NCBI GenBank assembly: GCA_951406725.2
Contig: OX597833.1
Span: forward strand, 57,536,001 to 57,600,000
DNA length: 64,000 nucleotides
Direction: 5' to 3'
Origin: Octopus vulgaris
Lineage: Eukaryota
Below the pieces are notes generated by a model. It was not told where the DNA came from. It saw only the letters and a list, made by a program, of their open reading frames with translations, and made no database searches. Of the stretch, positions 11,494 to 23,097 are shown one piece after another (the stretch's first letter is position 1; each line of letters begins with the position of its first letter). A program made the translations under genes and the position numbers.

Positions 11494-12784
11494 CGAGGGG
11501 CGTTCAATAAGTAATGCCCCTGACCCACTTCCCATAGCAGTAGAGCAACAAAACTTGGCACAGGTATTAGTCTTTTTCAGCATAGGAACAACCCAGAGTT
11601 ACGCATTTCTCCCATCGTTTGATACAGCTCTGGAGACCGTTTTCATAGAAGACCCCTGCTTGGTCCTCCAACCACGACGTGACTTCAGAAATCAAGGTTG
11701 CATCATCTGGGAAACGCTTTCCTTTCAAAAACAACTTCATGGCTGGGAAGAGGTGAAAATCAGAGGGTGCAAGGTCAGGAGAGTAGGGGTTGGGGGAAGT
11801 GTTCATAGCCGCACGCCTGTGCTTCTGATCTGGCGACACGCGAGTTGTGGACCGGAGCGTTGTCCTGCAGGAGGAGGATGCCTTTGCTGATCTTGACCCG
11901 CCTCTTGGTTTTGATAGCTTCTCTTAATTTCCTCAAAAGTGAAGCATGATAGGCTCCTGTAATTGTGGTACCCATTGCCAAGAAATCTGTCATCACTACT
12001 CCGTCCTGGTCCCAGAAGACTGTGAGCATGACTTTGCCAGCGGAGGGCTGCACCCTTGCCTTCTTTGGAGGAGGTGAGTCATGGTGCTTCCACTGCATTG
12101 ACTGGGCTTTGGTCTCTGGATCATGGTGAAGGACCCAGGTCTCATCCTGTGTAATCAGTCTTTTGAAAAATTTTGACTCATCTTCTTGGCACATCCCTAA
12201 ATTCATCCTCGAGCACTCGACGCGTTCTTGCTTCAGGAAAAGTGTGAGCAACCTGGGAATCCCTCTGGCAGACACCTTTTGCATATGCAAATGGTCATGA
12301 ATGATAGTTTCCACAGATCCGGTACAAATCTTGACCTCATGGGCTATTTGGCGAATAGTTATGCGTCCATCTTCCAAAATGGCAGCCTCAACTTGACGGA
12401 CAGATGCCTCATCAATGGCAGAAGGGGTGCGACCAGATCTGGGAGCTGTTTCCACAGAGTTCCGACCATGTTTGAATTCACGATGCCAGCGTTTTACAAG
12501 GTCATATGATGGGCCATCATCACCATAAGTTATTTTCATTTCATCAAAAGTCTCCTGTGGTGTGCGTCATTTCAAATACAAAAACCGGATCACTTCTCGA
12601 CACTCAACAGGCTCCATTTCCCACTTGACACATTTCAAACACATGTAAATCAGAAACCACTATTAGTTCTGAGCTGTAATTTGCCACTTAATCTATAGAG
12701 ATATAAATAATTACACATGCAAAATCTCAGCTAGATCAATCAACGGCATGTGGGTCAGAGGCATTACTTATTGAACGCCCCTCG
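11494..12784 (-). mobile_element. Full-length mariner DNA transposon (1291 bp)
   Basis: 35-bp TIRs cgaggggcgttcaataagtaatgcc(c/t)ctgacccac with 1 mismatch; TA TSD at 11492-11493 and 12785-12786. Confidence 0.97.
11567..12617 (-). pseudogene. Mariner DD34D transposase, inactivated
   Basis: Starts MEPVECREVIRFLYLK; TGA at 12569-12567; frameshift near 11800; QDETW, LLQDNAPVH and YSPDLAPSDFHLF motifs. Confidence 0.95.
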
Positions 12785-12861
12785 TACATAACTCCATGTC
12801 CCCCTACATGGCCTTGCTTTTTGCTTTTTGAGCCAAAAATTTACTAACTAACATATATATC

Positions 12862-13390
12862 AGAATATTGATGACGTCCCGTTCTGCTTGACTAAGCCAC
12901 CTAACGAAACGATTGGTCAAAACGTTGATGACGTCACGTTACGCTGGACTGGCCACCTAACAGGTGATATAAAACCCAAACAATTCACAAGGTTCGCCAG
13001 AACTATCCAGCGAACACCGACCAAAAGTCATCACAGTTACTCAAGGTAAAATCTAAAATGAATTCCTCGCTCTTTCAGGAACATCAATTTTTTATATTGA
13101 CTGCATATCACCACTTTGATCTATTTTTTTATATTGAATGCATATCACCACTATGAACCACTGCATCATACTCTGTAAACATATAGCATGAACGAACTCA
13201 CTTCACTATATATGAACTTTTGATGTCTGACTCTATTGTATATTATAAATGAATTTTTTATATTTGATAGCATGAACTATCTTTTTTTATATATAACTTT
13301 TTTTGATAAGGTTCATCATTTCAAGAACCGAAACATGTTATAATGTATATATAAAAATTAAAAATTTGTCTAATATAGCAGCATTTTCGA
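12862..13390 (+). mobile_element. Penelope pLTR-like segment with promoter-like words and a hammerhead motif
   Basis: Duplicated ttgatgacgtc...gccacctaac (12868, 12925), TATAAAA near 12968, AG/GTAA near 13044; TTGATAA GGTTC..GAACC GAAA CATG TT at 13303-13339. Confidence 0.5.
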
Positions 13391-13402
13391 ACTTCATTTT
13401 TT

Positions 13403-13457
<55 letters not shown>

Positions 13458-13463
<6 letters not shown>

Positions 13464-13580
13464 ATCCAAACATGAACAAAGAGAAAACAAAACAACTCGA
13501 GGACGTGGAACAAGTATAGTATTATTGGACGGTCAGGAAAGGAAAGAAAGAAGGAGGATTTAACGTTTCGAGCGGAGTTC
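13458..13580 (-). mobile_element. Penelope-like terminal fragment, second copy of 6862-7070
   Basis: gttaatccaaac...gaggacgtggaacaa...tttaacgtttcgagcggag; follows (TA)n. Confidence 0.6.
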
Positions 13581-13920
13581 TTGGGCAAGTGTCTTCTGCT
13601 ATAGCCCCGGGCCGACCAATGCCTTGTGAGTGGATTTGGTAGACGGAAACTGAAAGAAGCCTGTCGCATATATGTATATATATATATATATGTATGTGTG
13701 TGTTTGTGTGTCTGTGTTTGTCCCCCTGGCATTGCTTGACAACCGATGCTGGTGTGTTTGCGTCCCCGTCACTTAGCGGTTCGGCAAAAGAGACCGATAG
13801 AATAAGTACTGGGCTTACAAAAAGAATGAGTCCTGGGGTCGATTTGCTCGACTAAAGGCGGTGCTCCAGCATGGCCGCAGTCAAATGACTGAAACAGGTA
13901 AAAGAGTAAAAGAGTAAAAG
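13580..13920 (+). mobile_element. SINE B, 5'-truncated
   Basis: Begins at cttgggcaagtgtc; intact tail. Confidence 0.9.
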
Positions 13921-14237
13921 TGTATGTGGCTGCTACGAGACGAGAATCGGGAGACTTGGTGTATTTCCTTTCTTCTCAAACAGAATAAATAGCTTAAAAA
14001 TGAAATGAATAAAAAAAAAAAAAACTCTGCAATGACAAGCGCGGGACGAGCGCATTTTATTCTCTTCGTACCTGCATGAACACATGTTGAGAGGTAAATT
14101 TAGCAGCGAAATACAGCCTTTTTTTGCGAATCTCATTTCCTGTGCAAGCGATTGTATATCTTCATCTCAAGATATTCGTTACATACAATTTCCATTACAT
14201 TTAACAGTGTCTGTTTTTGTATCTTAATTAAAATGTT

Positions 14238-14239
<2 letters not shown>

Positions 14240-14306
<67 letters not shown>
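14240..14306. repeat. (GA)n microsatellite
   Basis: Directly visible. Confidence 0.98.
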
Positions 14307-14308
<2 letters not shown>

Positions 14309-14564
14309 ATGTGCATTTTGTGGTTAGCGTTTTCCCTTTTGGTCTTTCCTTTAACGTTTGTTTCATAATATTACTTTCGTTTCTATCTTATAAGGAAAAT
14401 AAGAAACAAACCTTTATCGTTTAAATATATAAGTTTAAAAAGATATATCTCTTAGGCATGTGAAAATAAATAACTAACAGTCCCTCCTATAAAAGGCACA
14501 AGGCTCGAAATTTTATAGGCGGAGGCTTAGCGATTAAATTAACACATTTTTGTCGTATATAATT

Positions 14565-14786
14565 CTCTTTACTATTATAGGTACAAAGCATGAAGTTTGG
14601 TGGGTGGGTGAGGGATTAAGTCGATTACATCAACCCCAGTGCATAACTGGTGCTAATTTTATCGACCCCGAAAGGATGAAAGGCAAAGTCGACCTCGGCA
14701 GAATTTGTACTCAGAGCGTAACGGCAGACGAAATACCGCTAAGCATTTCGCCCAGCGTGCTAACAATTCTGCCAGCTCGCCGCCTT
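14565..14786 (-). mobile_element. SINE A variant
   Basis: cgaccccgaaaggatgaaaggcaaagtcgacctcgg...ctgccagctcgccgcc. Confidence 0.85.
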
Positions 14787-14793
14787 TTGTCGG

Positions 14794-14852
<59 letters not shown>

Positions 14853-15742
14853 TCAATGCTTTATTCTATAGAATACTATAAAAAATTAGAGTAAAAGTGA
14901 ATATAATTTGTATGGGTATTTCAAATTGTTGCCATGACTCTTTCACAATATAATAGCTTCAGTTTCAACAAAAGACCTCAAATCAGATCATTTGCCAAAA
15001 AGAAAATAGGGTGCTACTTTGGCATGTGATCTACAATTTAAAGAGCGATTACTTTAGACTACCTTTTAGTGTACTTTCCAATTTCTAAAAACTCCTAAGA
15101 TGCTGGCGAAAGATTTTTTACAATAAAATCTTTTGTACATACTTAGCATTGTAAATGTATTTTTTCGAAGTTCTTACTATTTTAATAATAATAAAACCAT
15201 GTTTTATTTAAGTCTTTATAAATAATAATACGAAACCAAGAATAAACAATATAATAATTAAAATAAGCGCATAGATCACACAAGTTTGGAAGTTGTGAGT
15301 TTTGCAATGTAAAGAAACTAAAAACTAACCTAAATTAATCGCCCTTGAAGTTGTAGATCACACGCCAAAATAGAGACGAAAATTGTACAGCTCCAGAACA
15401 GAAGGTAACGATTTTATCAAAAGCTGTAAGTTATTCTTTCTCGAAAGCGTAACGGCTGTTTCACGTTTATTTGTAAATATATCACGCAACACCTTGAGTC
15501 CGACCTTGTTGGGTCTCATTAATTTCAGTATAGACAGAATCGTACATGTTCTACGTGTACGCATGTATGCATGCATACATACATATATACATGTGTGTAT
15601 GTATGTGTATTTGTGTGTGCACGTGTGTATACGATGTGTGTGAATGTGCGCATGCGTAAATATATATATATTTAAGTAGTACGCTTGTCTGTATCTATAA
15701 CGTTACTACAAAATCTGTTCCTCGCCAATATATATATATATT

Positions 15743-15939
15743 ACTCTTTCACTCTTTTACTCGTTTCAGTCATTTGACTGTGACCATGCTGGAGCACCAC
15801 CTTTAGTCGAGCAAATCGAGCCCAGGACTTATGCTTCGTATTCTATCGGTTTCTTATGCCGAACCGCTAAGTTACGGGGACGTAAAACACACCAGCATCG
15901 GTTGTCAAGCGATGTTGGGGGGACAAACACAGACAAACT

Positions 15940-16035
<96 letters not shown>

Positions 16036-16227
16036 CACACATATATATATATTCTATATATACGACGGGCTTCTTTCTGTTTCCGTCTACCAAATCCACT
16101 CACAAGGCTTTGGTCGGCCTGAGGCTATAGTAGAAGAGACTTGCCCAAGGTGCCACGCAGTAGGACTGAACTAGGAACTATGTGGTTCGTAAGTAAGCAA
16201 GCTACTTACAACACACCCTCTCCTACG

Positions 16228-16230
<3 letters not shown>
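15743..16230 (-). mobile_element. SINE B with an expanded internal (CA)n
   Basis: Colinear with the other B copies. Confidence 0.9.
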
Positions 16231-16269
<39 letters not shown>

Positions 16270-16582
16270 ATGTGGGCAAGTAAAAGAAAGATAATGAATC
16301 AAAACAACGGTTAACCGTAGACGCGTTGTAGCATCGAGCGCTCATGTAGCAGAATCATGTATGTCCGTAAGAGACAGTGTTAGCTGCGTTGTATGATATA
16401 ACTAAAATGATAATTAACTCCCCTTTCAAAAATACATTGAGTACTCTGAAGTAATACTTACCAACAGTCAATCACTACCTATCAAATCGTAGGTATAACT
16501 AATATATCCACTTGAAAGAAAATTAGATTAAGATACCGACGTATCATTTATGTGGAACGGTAATAGCTGTAATATTTCATCT

Positions 16583-16861
16583 TAGAGAAACTTCTCAAAG
16601 ACATTTGTGTGTCAAAAAAAAAAAAAAAAAAAAAAACTCAGCTCACACAGAATGTCGTCGGTGGATCATCTGACACAATGTTTCGAATTAATTTAATCTC
16701 CTCAGTGACGAACACTATCGGATACTCTGTGCTAAATCGAATAATATTCGTTCCAAAATAAAAATTGATAATCAAAGCATTTACTGTTTTGTACAAAAGC
16801 TAACTACGCTTGTGTATTAAATCAATATAGACACTTTAAACAGAGTTAGATTAAAACAACG

Positions 16862-16920
<59 letters not shown>

Positions 16921-17219
16921 AACGTGGAGCGGTACTGACTGTACTATCTTTTCTAAGAGAAACTTCTCAGAAAGAGATTTGAGTGTTAAAACAACACCAG
17001 ACTCTCTAAGAATATTGCCCGCGGATCATCGGACACGGGGTTTTAATCTAATTTGGTCTCCTCAGCGATGAAAAACCTCGGACACTCTGAGCTAAGACGA
17101 AAAATATTCGCTCCCGTACAGAAATCGGCAAACAAAACATCCACTAATTTGTTCGAAAGCTAAGCAAGCAAAATAAAATGAAATTAATACAGGCTCTTGG
17201 AAGAACGTTAGATTAATAT
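16583..17219 (-). repeat. Diverged direct repeat pair (16583-16860 / 16956-17219), each with a hammerhead-like motif
   Basis: Both start agagaaacttctca and share ggatcatc..gacac, tctcctcag, ggatactctg/ggacactctg, aatattcg and gttagattaa; separated by (TG)n. Confidence 0.75.
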
Positions 17220-17530
17220 CACCGTGATCACCGTGACCGACCAGGCTATCAGATGTTGCTACACATCGCTTGTCACAATGCGCTTCACATTGTTTTAGCC
17301 TTCAAATGGCGCCACCCCGTTGGCTAAGCGAGCAGACCAACAGAAGAAATAATGAGAGAAAGTTGGAGCGAAAGAGTACAGCAGGGATCGCCATCACTCC
17401 CTGCCGGAGCCTCGTGGAGCTTTAGGTGTTTTCGCTCAATAAACACATACAACGCCCGGTCTGGGAATCGAAACCGCGATCCTACGACTGCAAGTCTGCT
17501 GCTCTAACCACTGGGCCATTGCGCCTCCAC
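17220..17530 (-). mobile_element. SINE C, tail type ii
   Basis: 18-bp TSD agaacgttagattaatat at 17202-17219 and 17531-17548. Confidence 0.92.
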
Positions 17531-17548
17531 AGAACGTTAGATTAATAT

Positions 17549-17860
17549 CACCGTGATCACCGTGACCGACCATGCTATCAGATGTTGCTACACATCGCTG
17601 GTCACAATGCGCTTCACATTGTTTTAGCCTTCAAATGACGTCACCCCGCTGGCTAAGCGAGCAGGCCAACAGAAGAAAGAGTGAGAGAAAGGTGTGACGA
17701 AAGAGTACAACAGGGTTCGCCACCACCCCCTGCCGGAACCTCGTGGAGCTTTTAGGTGTTTTCGCTCAATAAACACTCACAACGCCCGGTCTGGGAATCG
17801 AAACCGCGATCCTACGACTGCAAGTCCGCTGCCCTAACCACTGGGCCATTGTGCCTCCAC
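17549..17860 (-). mobile_element. SINE C, tail type ii (second copy)
   Basis: TSD agattaatat at 17539-17548 and 17861-17870. Confidence 0.92.
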
Positions 17861-17883
17861 AGATTAATATACGCACATGAATT

Positions 17884-18226
17884 GATGATGACCCCCTTCG
17901 GTCAGACACTGACCATGGGTTTGCACCTAGAGAGTTACTCTCTGAGGCACAAGTCTGGGCAAGGTTGTTTTATGGAAGACCAGCAGTCGCACATGCATAC
18001 CGGCCTCCCCTCTCCACGTCACCGATGTTGTCCAAGGGAAAGGCAAAGGGGCCGATACAGCTCGGCACCTGTGACGTCGCAACTCATTTCTACAGCTGAG
18101 TGAAACTGGAGCAACGTGAAATAAAGTGTCTTGCTCAAGAACACAACACGCAGCACGGTCCGGGATTCGAGCTCACAACCTCACGATCGTAAGCTCGACG
18201 CTCTAACCACTGAGCCACGCGCCTTC
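17884..18226 (-). mobile_element. SINE family D (tRNA-like head), full length
   Basis: Head gaaggcgcgtggctcagtggttagagcg...agctcgaatccc; 13-bp TSD acgcacatgaatt at 17871-17883 and 18227-18239. Confidence 0.92.
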
Positions 18227-18506
18227 ACGCACATGAATTAGCGTCGGATTAACATAACGATAACACGAACAATGCTAAGTGCAATTCACTTGTTTAATTT
18301 TTCGGCCGATTTCCTTCCGTCAGTCTGAAGAAAAGCAATTCTTTATTCTTTATGTTCCGGCGAAATGTACCGCGGCCTAAACTAAAATAAATAGCTGGCA
18401 TGTGTGTACAGTTTCCCCTTCCTCTACGCTGAGGAATATTAAACGCACAAAATATTAATTAATGCCTTGAGTGATTCTAAATAGGTATTTTGTTTTGATA
18501 TCTATT

Positions 18507-19288
18507 AGGCGCAGGAGTGGCTGTGTGGCTGTGTGGCTGTGTGGTAAGTAGCTTGCTCACCAACCACATGGTTCAGGGTTCAGTCCCACTGCGTGGCAAG
18601 TGTCTTCTATTATAGCCTCGGGCCGACCAAAACCTTGTGAGTAGATTTGGTAGACGGAAACTGAAAGAAGCCCGTAGTATATATGTATATATATATATAG
18701 GCGTAGGAGTGGCTGTGTGATAAGTAGCTTGTTTACCAACCACATGGTTCCGGGTTCAGTCCCACTGCGTGGCACCTTGGGCAAGTGTCTTCTACTGTAG
18801 CCTCGGGCTACCAAAACCTTGTGAGTAGATTTGGCAGACGGAAACTGAAAGAAGCCCATAGTATATATGTATATATATATAGGCGTAGGAGTGGCTGTGT
18901 GATAAGTAGCTTGTTTACCAACCACATGGTTCCGGGTTCAGTCTCACTGCGTGGAACCTTGGGCAAGTGTCTTCTACTATAGCCTCGGGCCGACCAAAGC
19001 CTTGTGAGTGGATTTGGTAGACGGAAAATGAAAGAAGCCCGTAGTATATATGTATATATATGTGTATGTGTGTGTCTGTGTTTGTCCCCCTAGCATTGCT
19101 TGACAACCGATGCTGGTGTGTTTACGTCCCCGTCACATAGCGGTTCGGCAAAAGAGACCGATAGAATAAGTACTAGTCTCACAAAGAGTAAGTCCTGGGG
19201 TCGATATGCTCGACTAAAGGCGGTGCTCCAGCATGGCCGTAGTCAAATGACTGAAACAAGTAAAAGAATAAAAGAGAGTAAAAGAGTA
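18507..19288 (+). mobile_element. SINE B with a triplicated 5' half
   Basis: Heads at 18507, 18699 and 18881 joined through the internal TA microsatellite; only one tail. Confidence 0.9.
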
Positions 19289-19704
19289 ATTTAAAAGTTT
19301 TATTTGTTTCGTGACTTTGCCGCCGAACTTTTTGTTGATGCTAAAAGCTAGGTTCTAATCAAAAGACGTATATCTGAGACTTACCTCCGACTTTGACCCT
19401 TGACCCTTGACCCTATCCTCGACTCGCAGGCGCGCGACCTTTAATCCTGAACACTCCAAACCAATTAGCAAAGAGACGAACAGCGCTCAGTGAAGGCAAC
19501 GTCCTCCTCTTGTCAAAAGACCACACGTGCGTTTGGGGAAATCTGTCAAGGAACGAGGGCAGAGATGTACCTACACACACATAAACATACATATAAACAT
19601 ACACACGCATAGTTAGTTGCATAGATGCATACACAAATTCTCTCTCCCTCTCTCTTTCCCTCTTTCGCCCTCTGTGTGTCATATATATAAAACCGTGTGT
19701 GTAT

Positions 19705-19740
<36 letters not shown>

Positions 19741-19785
19741 CATACACACACACATACACACACACACATCCAAACAAACGTACAT

Positions 19786-20097
19786 AGGCGTGGCTGTGTG
19801 GTAGGAAGTTTGGTTCCCAACCACACGGTTCCGGGTTCAGTTTCATTGCGTGGCACCGATAATGCCTTCTGTTCTACTATTGCCTCGGGCCAACAAAGGC
19901 TTTGGGAATGGATTTGGTGGACAGAAACTGAAAGAAGCCTGTCGTATGGGTGGCATATAGGCGTAGAAGTGGCTGTGTGGTAAGTAGCTTGCTTACCAAC
20001 CACATGGTTCCGGGTTCAGTCCCACATCGTGGCACCTTGGTGGTGCTCCAGCATGGTCGCAGTCAAATGACTGAAACATGTAAAAGAATAAAAGAAT
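19786..20097 (+). mobile_element. Rearranged SINE B fragments
   Basis: Two heads (19786, 19959) and a tail fragment. Confidence 0.8.
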
Positions 20098-20630
20098 AGG
20101 ATCTTTCTTTTAGCCAGAAAAATCCGCGATGTACTGAGTGCGCGATAGGTGAACCGCGATATGCATATACAAACATATATATATTCATATATTCATATCC
20201 TCCACCCTGATACAAACACAGTATTTACATCGAACTTCTAATTCAGTTGTAGAACAGATTCAGTGAATGAAAGGATGGAAACCAAAGTTGACCTTGGTAG
20301 GATTTGAACTCAGAGCGTAGAGGGTCGCAACAAATACCGCGATGTTCCTCTGTCCAACGTCCAAACGACTCATCCAATTCACCGCATATTCGTTTACCAT
20401 ACGTATGTGTGTGTATCTTTGTGTGCGTGTGTGGGGTATTTGGGTGCATGTATGTATGTATGTATGTATGTATGTATGTATGTATGTATGTATGTATGTA
20501 TGTATGTATGTATGTATGTATGCGTGTATGTGTGGGTTCATGCATGTTTGTATATGTGTGCGTATGTGTGCAGATGCATATATTTGTGTGTATGTTCTAT
20601 GACGTGTCACATACGTAAATTCACTCTTTT

Positions 20631-20823
20631 TCAATTCAGTTTTTATTGGCTCAAAAAGCAAAAGCAATGCCATATAGGGGGACAGGGAGTTATGTACAGG
20701 GAGGGTGGTCATGCAAAGAGTTCAGGCCATTTCTGGTCAAGAGAGACTTTGAACCGAGCGGTCGTCGGCATCTTCACTATCTCGTCGGCATCTTCACTAT
20801 CTCGTCGGCATCTTCACTATCTC
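20631..20823 (-). mobile_element. 3' end of the same CR1-type LINE family as 10500-12852, lacking the mariner
   Basis: Reverse complement encodes DEIVKMPTTARFKVSLDQKWPELFA* followed by ccctgTAcataactcc; the 5' junction is a triplicated 20-mer (20762-20823). Confidence 0.9.
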
Positions 20824-21087
20824 TTCATCTCTATATGTAATGTTATCAAACAAGGAGGCGTACTTGCCAGGCAAAGTGATTTGATCAGAGACAGTGTGTT
20901 GGAAGCAAAAAACGATTGCGACGTGATAGACACATGCTATTCATTCAGGAAGACACCGATAAATACGATAAACAAGTACTGGGGTTGATTTGTTCAACTA
21001 AAACCCTTCAAAGCGGTGCTCAAGTATGGACGCAGTCAAATGGTTGAAACAAGTAAAAGATAAAAAGATTAACGTAATATACTCGCA

Positions 21088-21689
21088 ACACATTTTCGGT
21101 TTGAACGGCAGTTTTTTCTAGCGGTGTTATATGAAATTGTCACCCATAATTATGACCCTAGTATAGATCTATTGCATTTCAATCTGTTTTAGGGTTAGGA
21201 TTAGGGTTAGGGGTGGGGGAAGGGTATAGTTTTTTTCTTCACAAATGTAAATAAACCCAATCTGTTTCTTAAACGCGGGACATATTCATACGGCACAGAA
21301 TGTTTTTTTACCTCAATGGAGGTCATTGATTGGTTAAAATTACAGAAATTGAAGAAAAAACAACAAATATCTTACAAACCATAGAATTTTCTCAATAAAG
21401 CCAAGAGAGAAAAGATGTTTTATAAACATATTCTACCAGTATACGAAGTTTAAATGTGTTTAGTTACGTGGAAATTATGTTAAAATACCTCAATGGACGT
21501 CATTGATTGGTTGAAATTGCAGAAATTGAAGTAAAAACAACAACAAATAACTTACAAGTCATAGAATTTTCTCAATAAAGCCAAGAGAAAAAGATGTTTT
21601 ATAAACACATTCTACCAGTATACGAAGTTTAAAAGTGTTTAGTTACGTGGAAATTATGTTAAAAACTGCCGTTCAAACCGAAAAGACCC
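21088..21689 (+). mobile_element. MITE (Merlin-like termini) with internal TTAGGG repeats and a 178-bp internal duplication
   Basis: TIRs ttttcggtttgaacggcagttttt / aaaaactgccgttcaaaccgaaaa; flanks tactcgca / tactcgtc. Confidence 0.85.
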
Positions 21690-22232
21690 TACTCGTCATC
21701 TCAAGCGAAACTCCGGAAAATTTTCATTGAAAAATGATAAATTTTTAAGGAAGTCATGAGGGAAACAAAAACGTGGGAAGACGTACTCTTCTGTTGGTGG
21801 TTCTGCTGCCTAAAAGTCGAGTCGAACCCAGCTGAGATCTGAATTCATAATCAGAACGTAAAAGGAAGAAGAGAACTAAACAGGGCGGTGCGGGGCAGTT
21901 ACACTGTGAGGCTCAATAATTTCTGTCGTCCCTTCTATCATCTGTAAAATCTTCTTCACATCAACATTTTTTTAAAAAACTCCACTGACATTTTTTGTTT
22001 TTCTCACGGTAAACTTCCTTCACGCAAAAAAGAATAAAGGATTTCTTTTTTTATTTTTTTTTTCCTTTTTGATTTGAAGAAAACAGACGATACGGAGGCC
22101 TCGTTTTGATTCTCATTTGATGAAGACGCTTCAAACACCGCTTTATACTTCCGGGAACGTTATGACTATCACACTCGCCCTAATAACTCCTCTGAACCGT
22201 TGTGCTTAGTGGAGTGTGTAGTGCGCTAAAGT

Positions 22233-22281
<49 letters not shown>

Positions 22282-22674
22282 TCCAGTTCCGCCGAGGTTT
22301 TAACTTTGTCGTTTATCCCTCTGGGGTTGATAAAATAAAGTACAACTGTAGATGTATCGACTAAGCACCATCTCTATCTTCTCGAAATTGCTCATCTTGT
22401 GCATTAACAGTTACGTATTATTCCTGATCTCTCCAGGGCGGCGAGCTGCCAGAATCGTTAGAACATCGGAGAAAAAAGAAAAAAAAAAAAAAAGAAACAA
22501 AAAATTATTTTATGACATTTACATTCCGAGTTCAAATCCAACTGAGTTCCATCCCTCAGGACGTAGACAGATCAAAGTGTCACTCATGCACTGCAGTCGA
22601 TGTAATCGTCTAATGTCCTCTTCCTTAATATTGCTGACCTGGCACTAAAGCCATTATTATTATAGAACACCCAA

Positions 22675-23097
22675 AGGCGGCGAGCTGGCAGAAACGTTAG
22701 CACGCCGGGCCAAATGCGTAGCCGTATTTCGTCGGCCTTTACGTTCTGAGTTCAAAATTCCGACCAGGTCGACTTTGCCTTTCATCCTTTCGGGGTCGAT
22801 AAATCAAGTACCAGTTACGCACTGAGGTCGATATAATCGACTTAATCCGTTTGTCTGTCCTTGTTTGTTCCCTCTGTGTGTAACCCCTTGTGGGTAGTAA
22901 AGAAATAGAAATAGGTATTTCGGCTGCCGTTACGTTCTGAGTTCAAATTCCGCCGAGATCGACTTTGCCTTTCATCCTTTCGGGGTCGATAAATTAAGTA
23001 CCAGTTACGCACTGGGGTCGATGTAACCGACTTAATCCCTTTGTCTGTCCTTGTTTTTCCCCTCTGAGTGTAGCCCCTTGAGGGCAATAAAGAAATA
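22675..23097 (+). mobile_element. SINE A dimer
   Basis: The tail is fused to an internal ggtatttcg site near 22913. Confidence 0.9.

Larger units (their letters stand above)
10500..12852 (+). mobile_element. 5'-truncated CR1-group LINE interrupted by a mariner
   Basis: RT ORF, then a 3' UTR that resumes at 12787 and ends in actaactaac; possible TSD atatatatc at 10491-10499 and 12853-12861. Confidence 0.9.

Noticed and set aside
11775-12539. Domesticated SETMAR-like gene
   Set aside because: Intact TIRs and TA TSD, no SET domain, and a stop plus a frameshift in the transposase.
18150-18226. tRNA-like sequences at SINE heads (also near 8260-8335, 25944-26020, 63930-63999)
   Set aside because: They have A/B boxes but no proper acceptor stem, and continue into SINE bodies, some bounded by TSDs.
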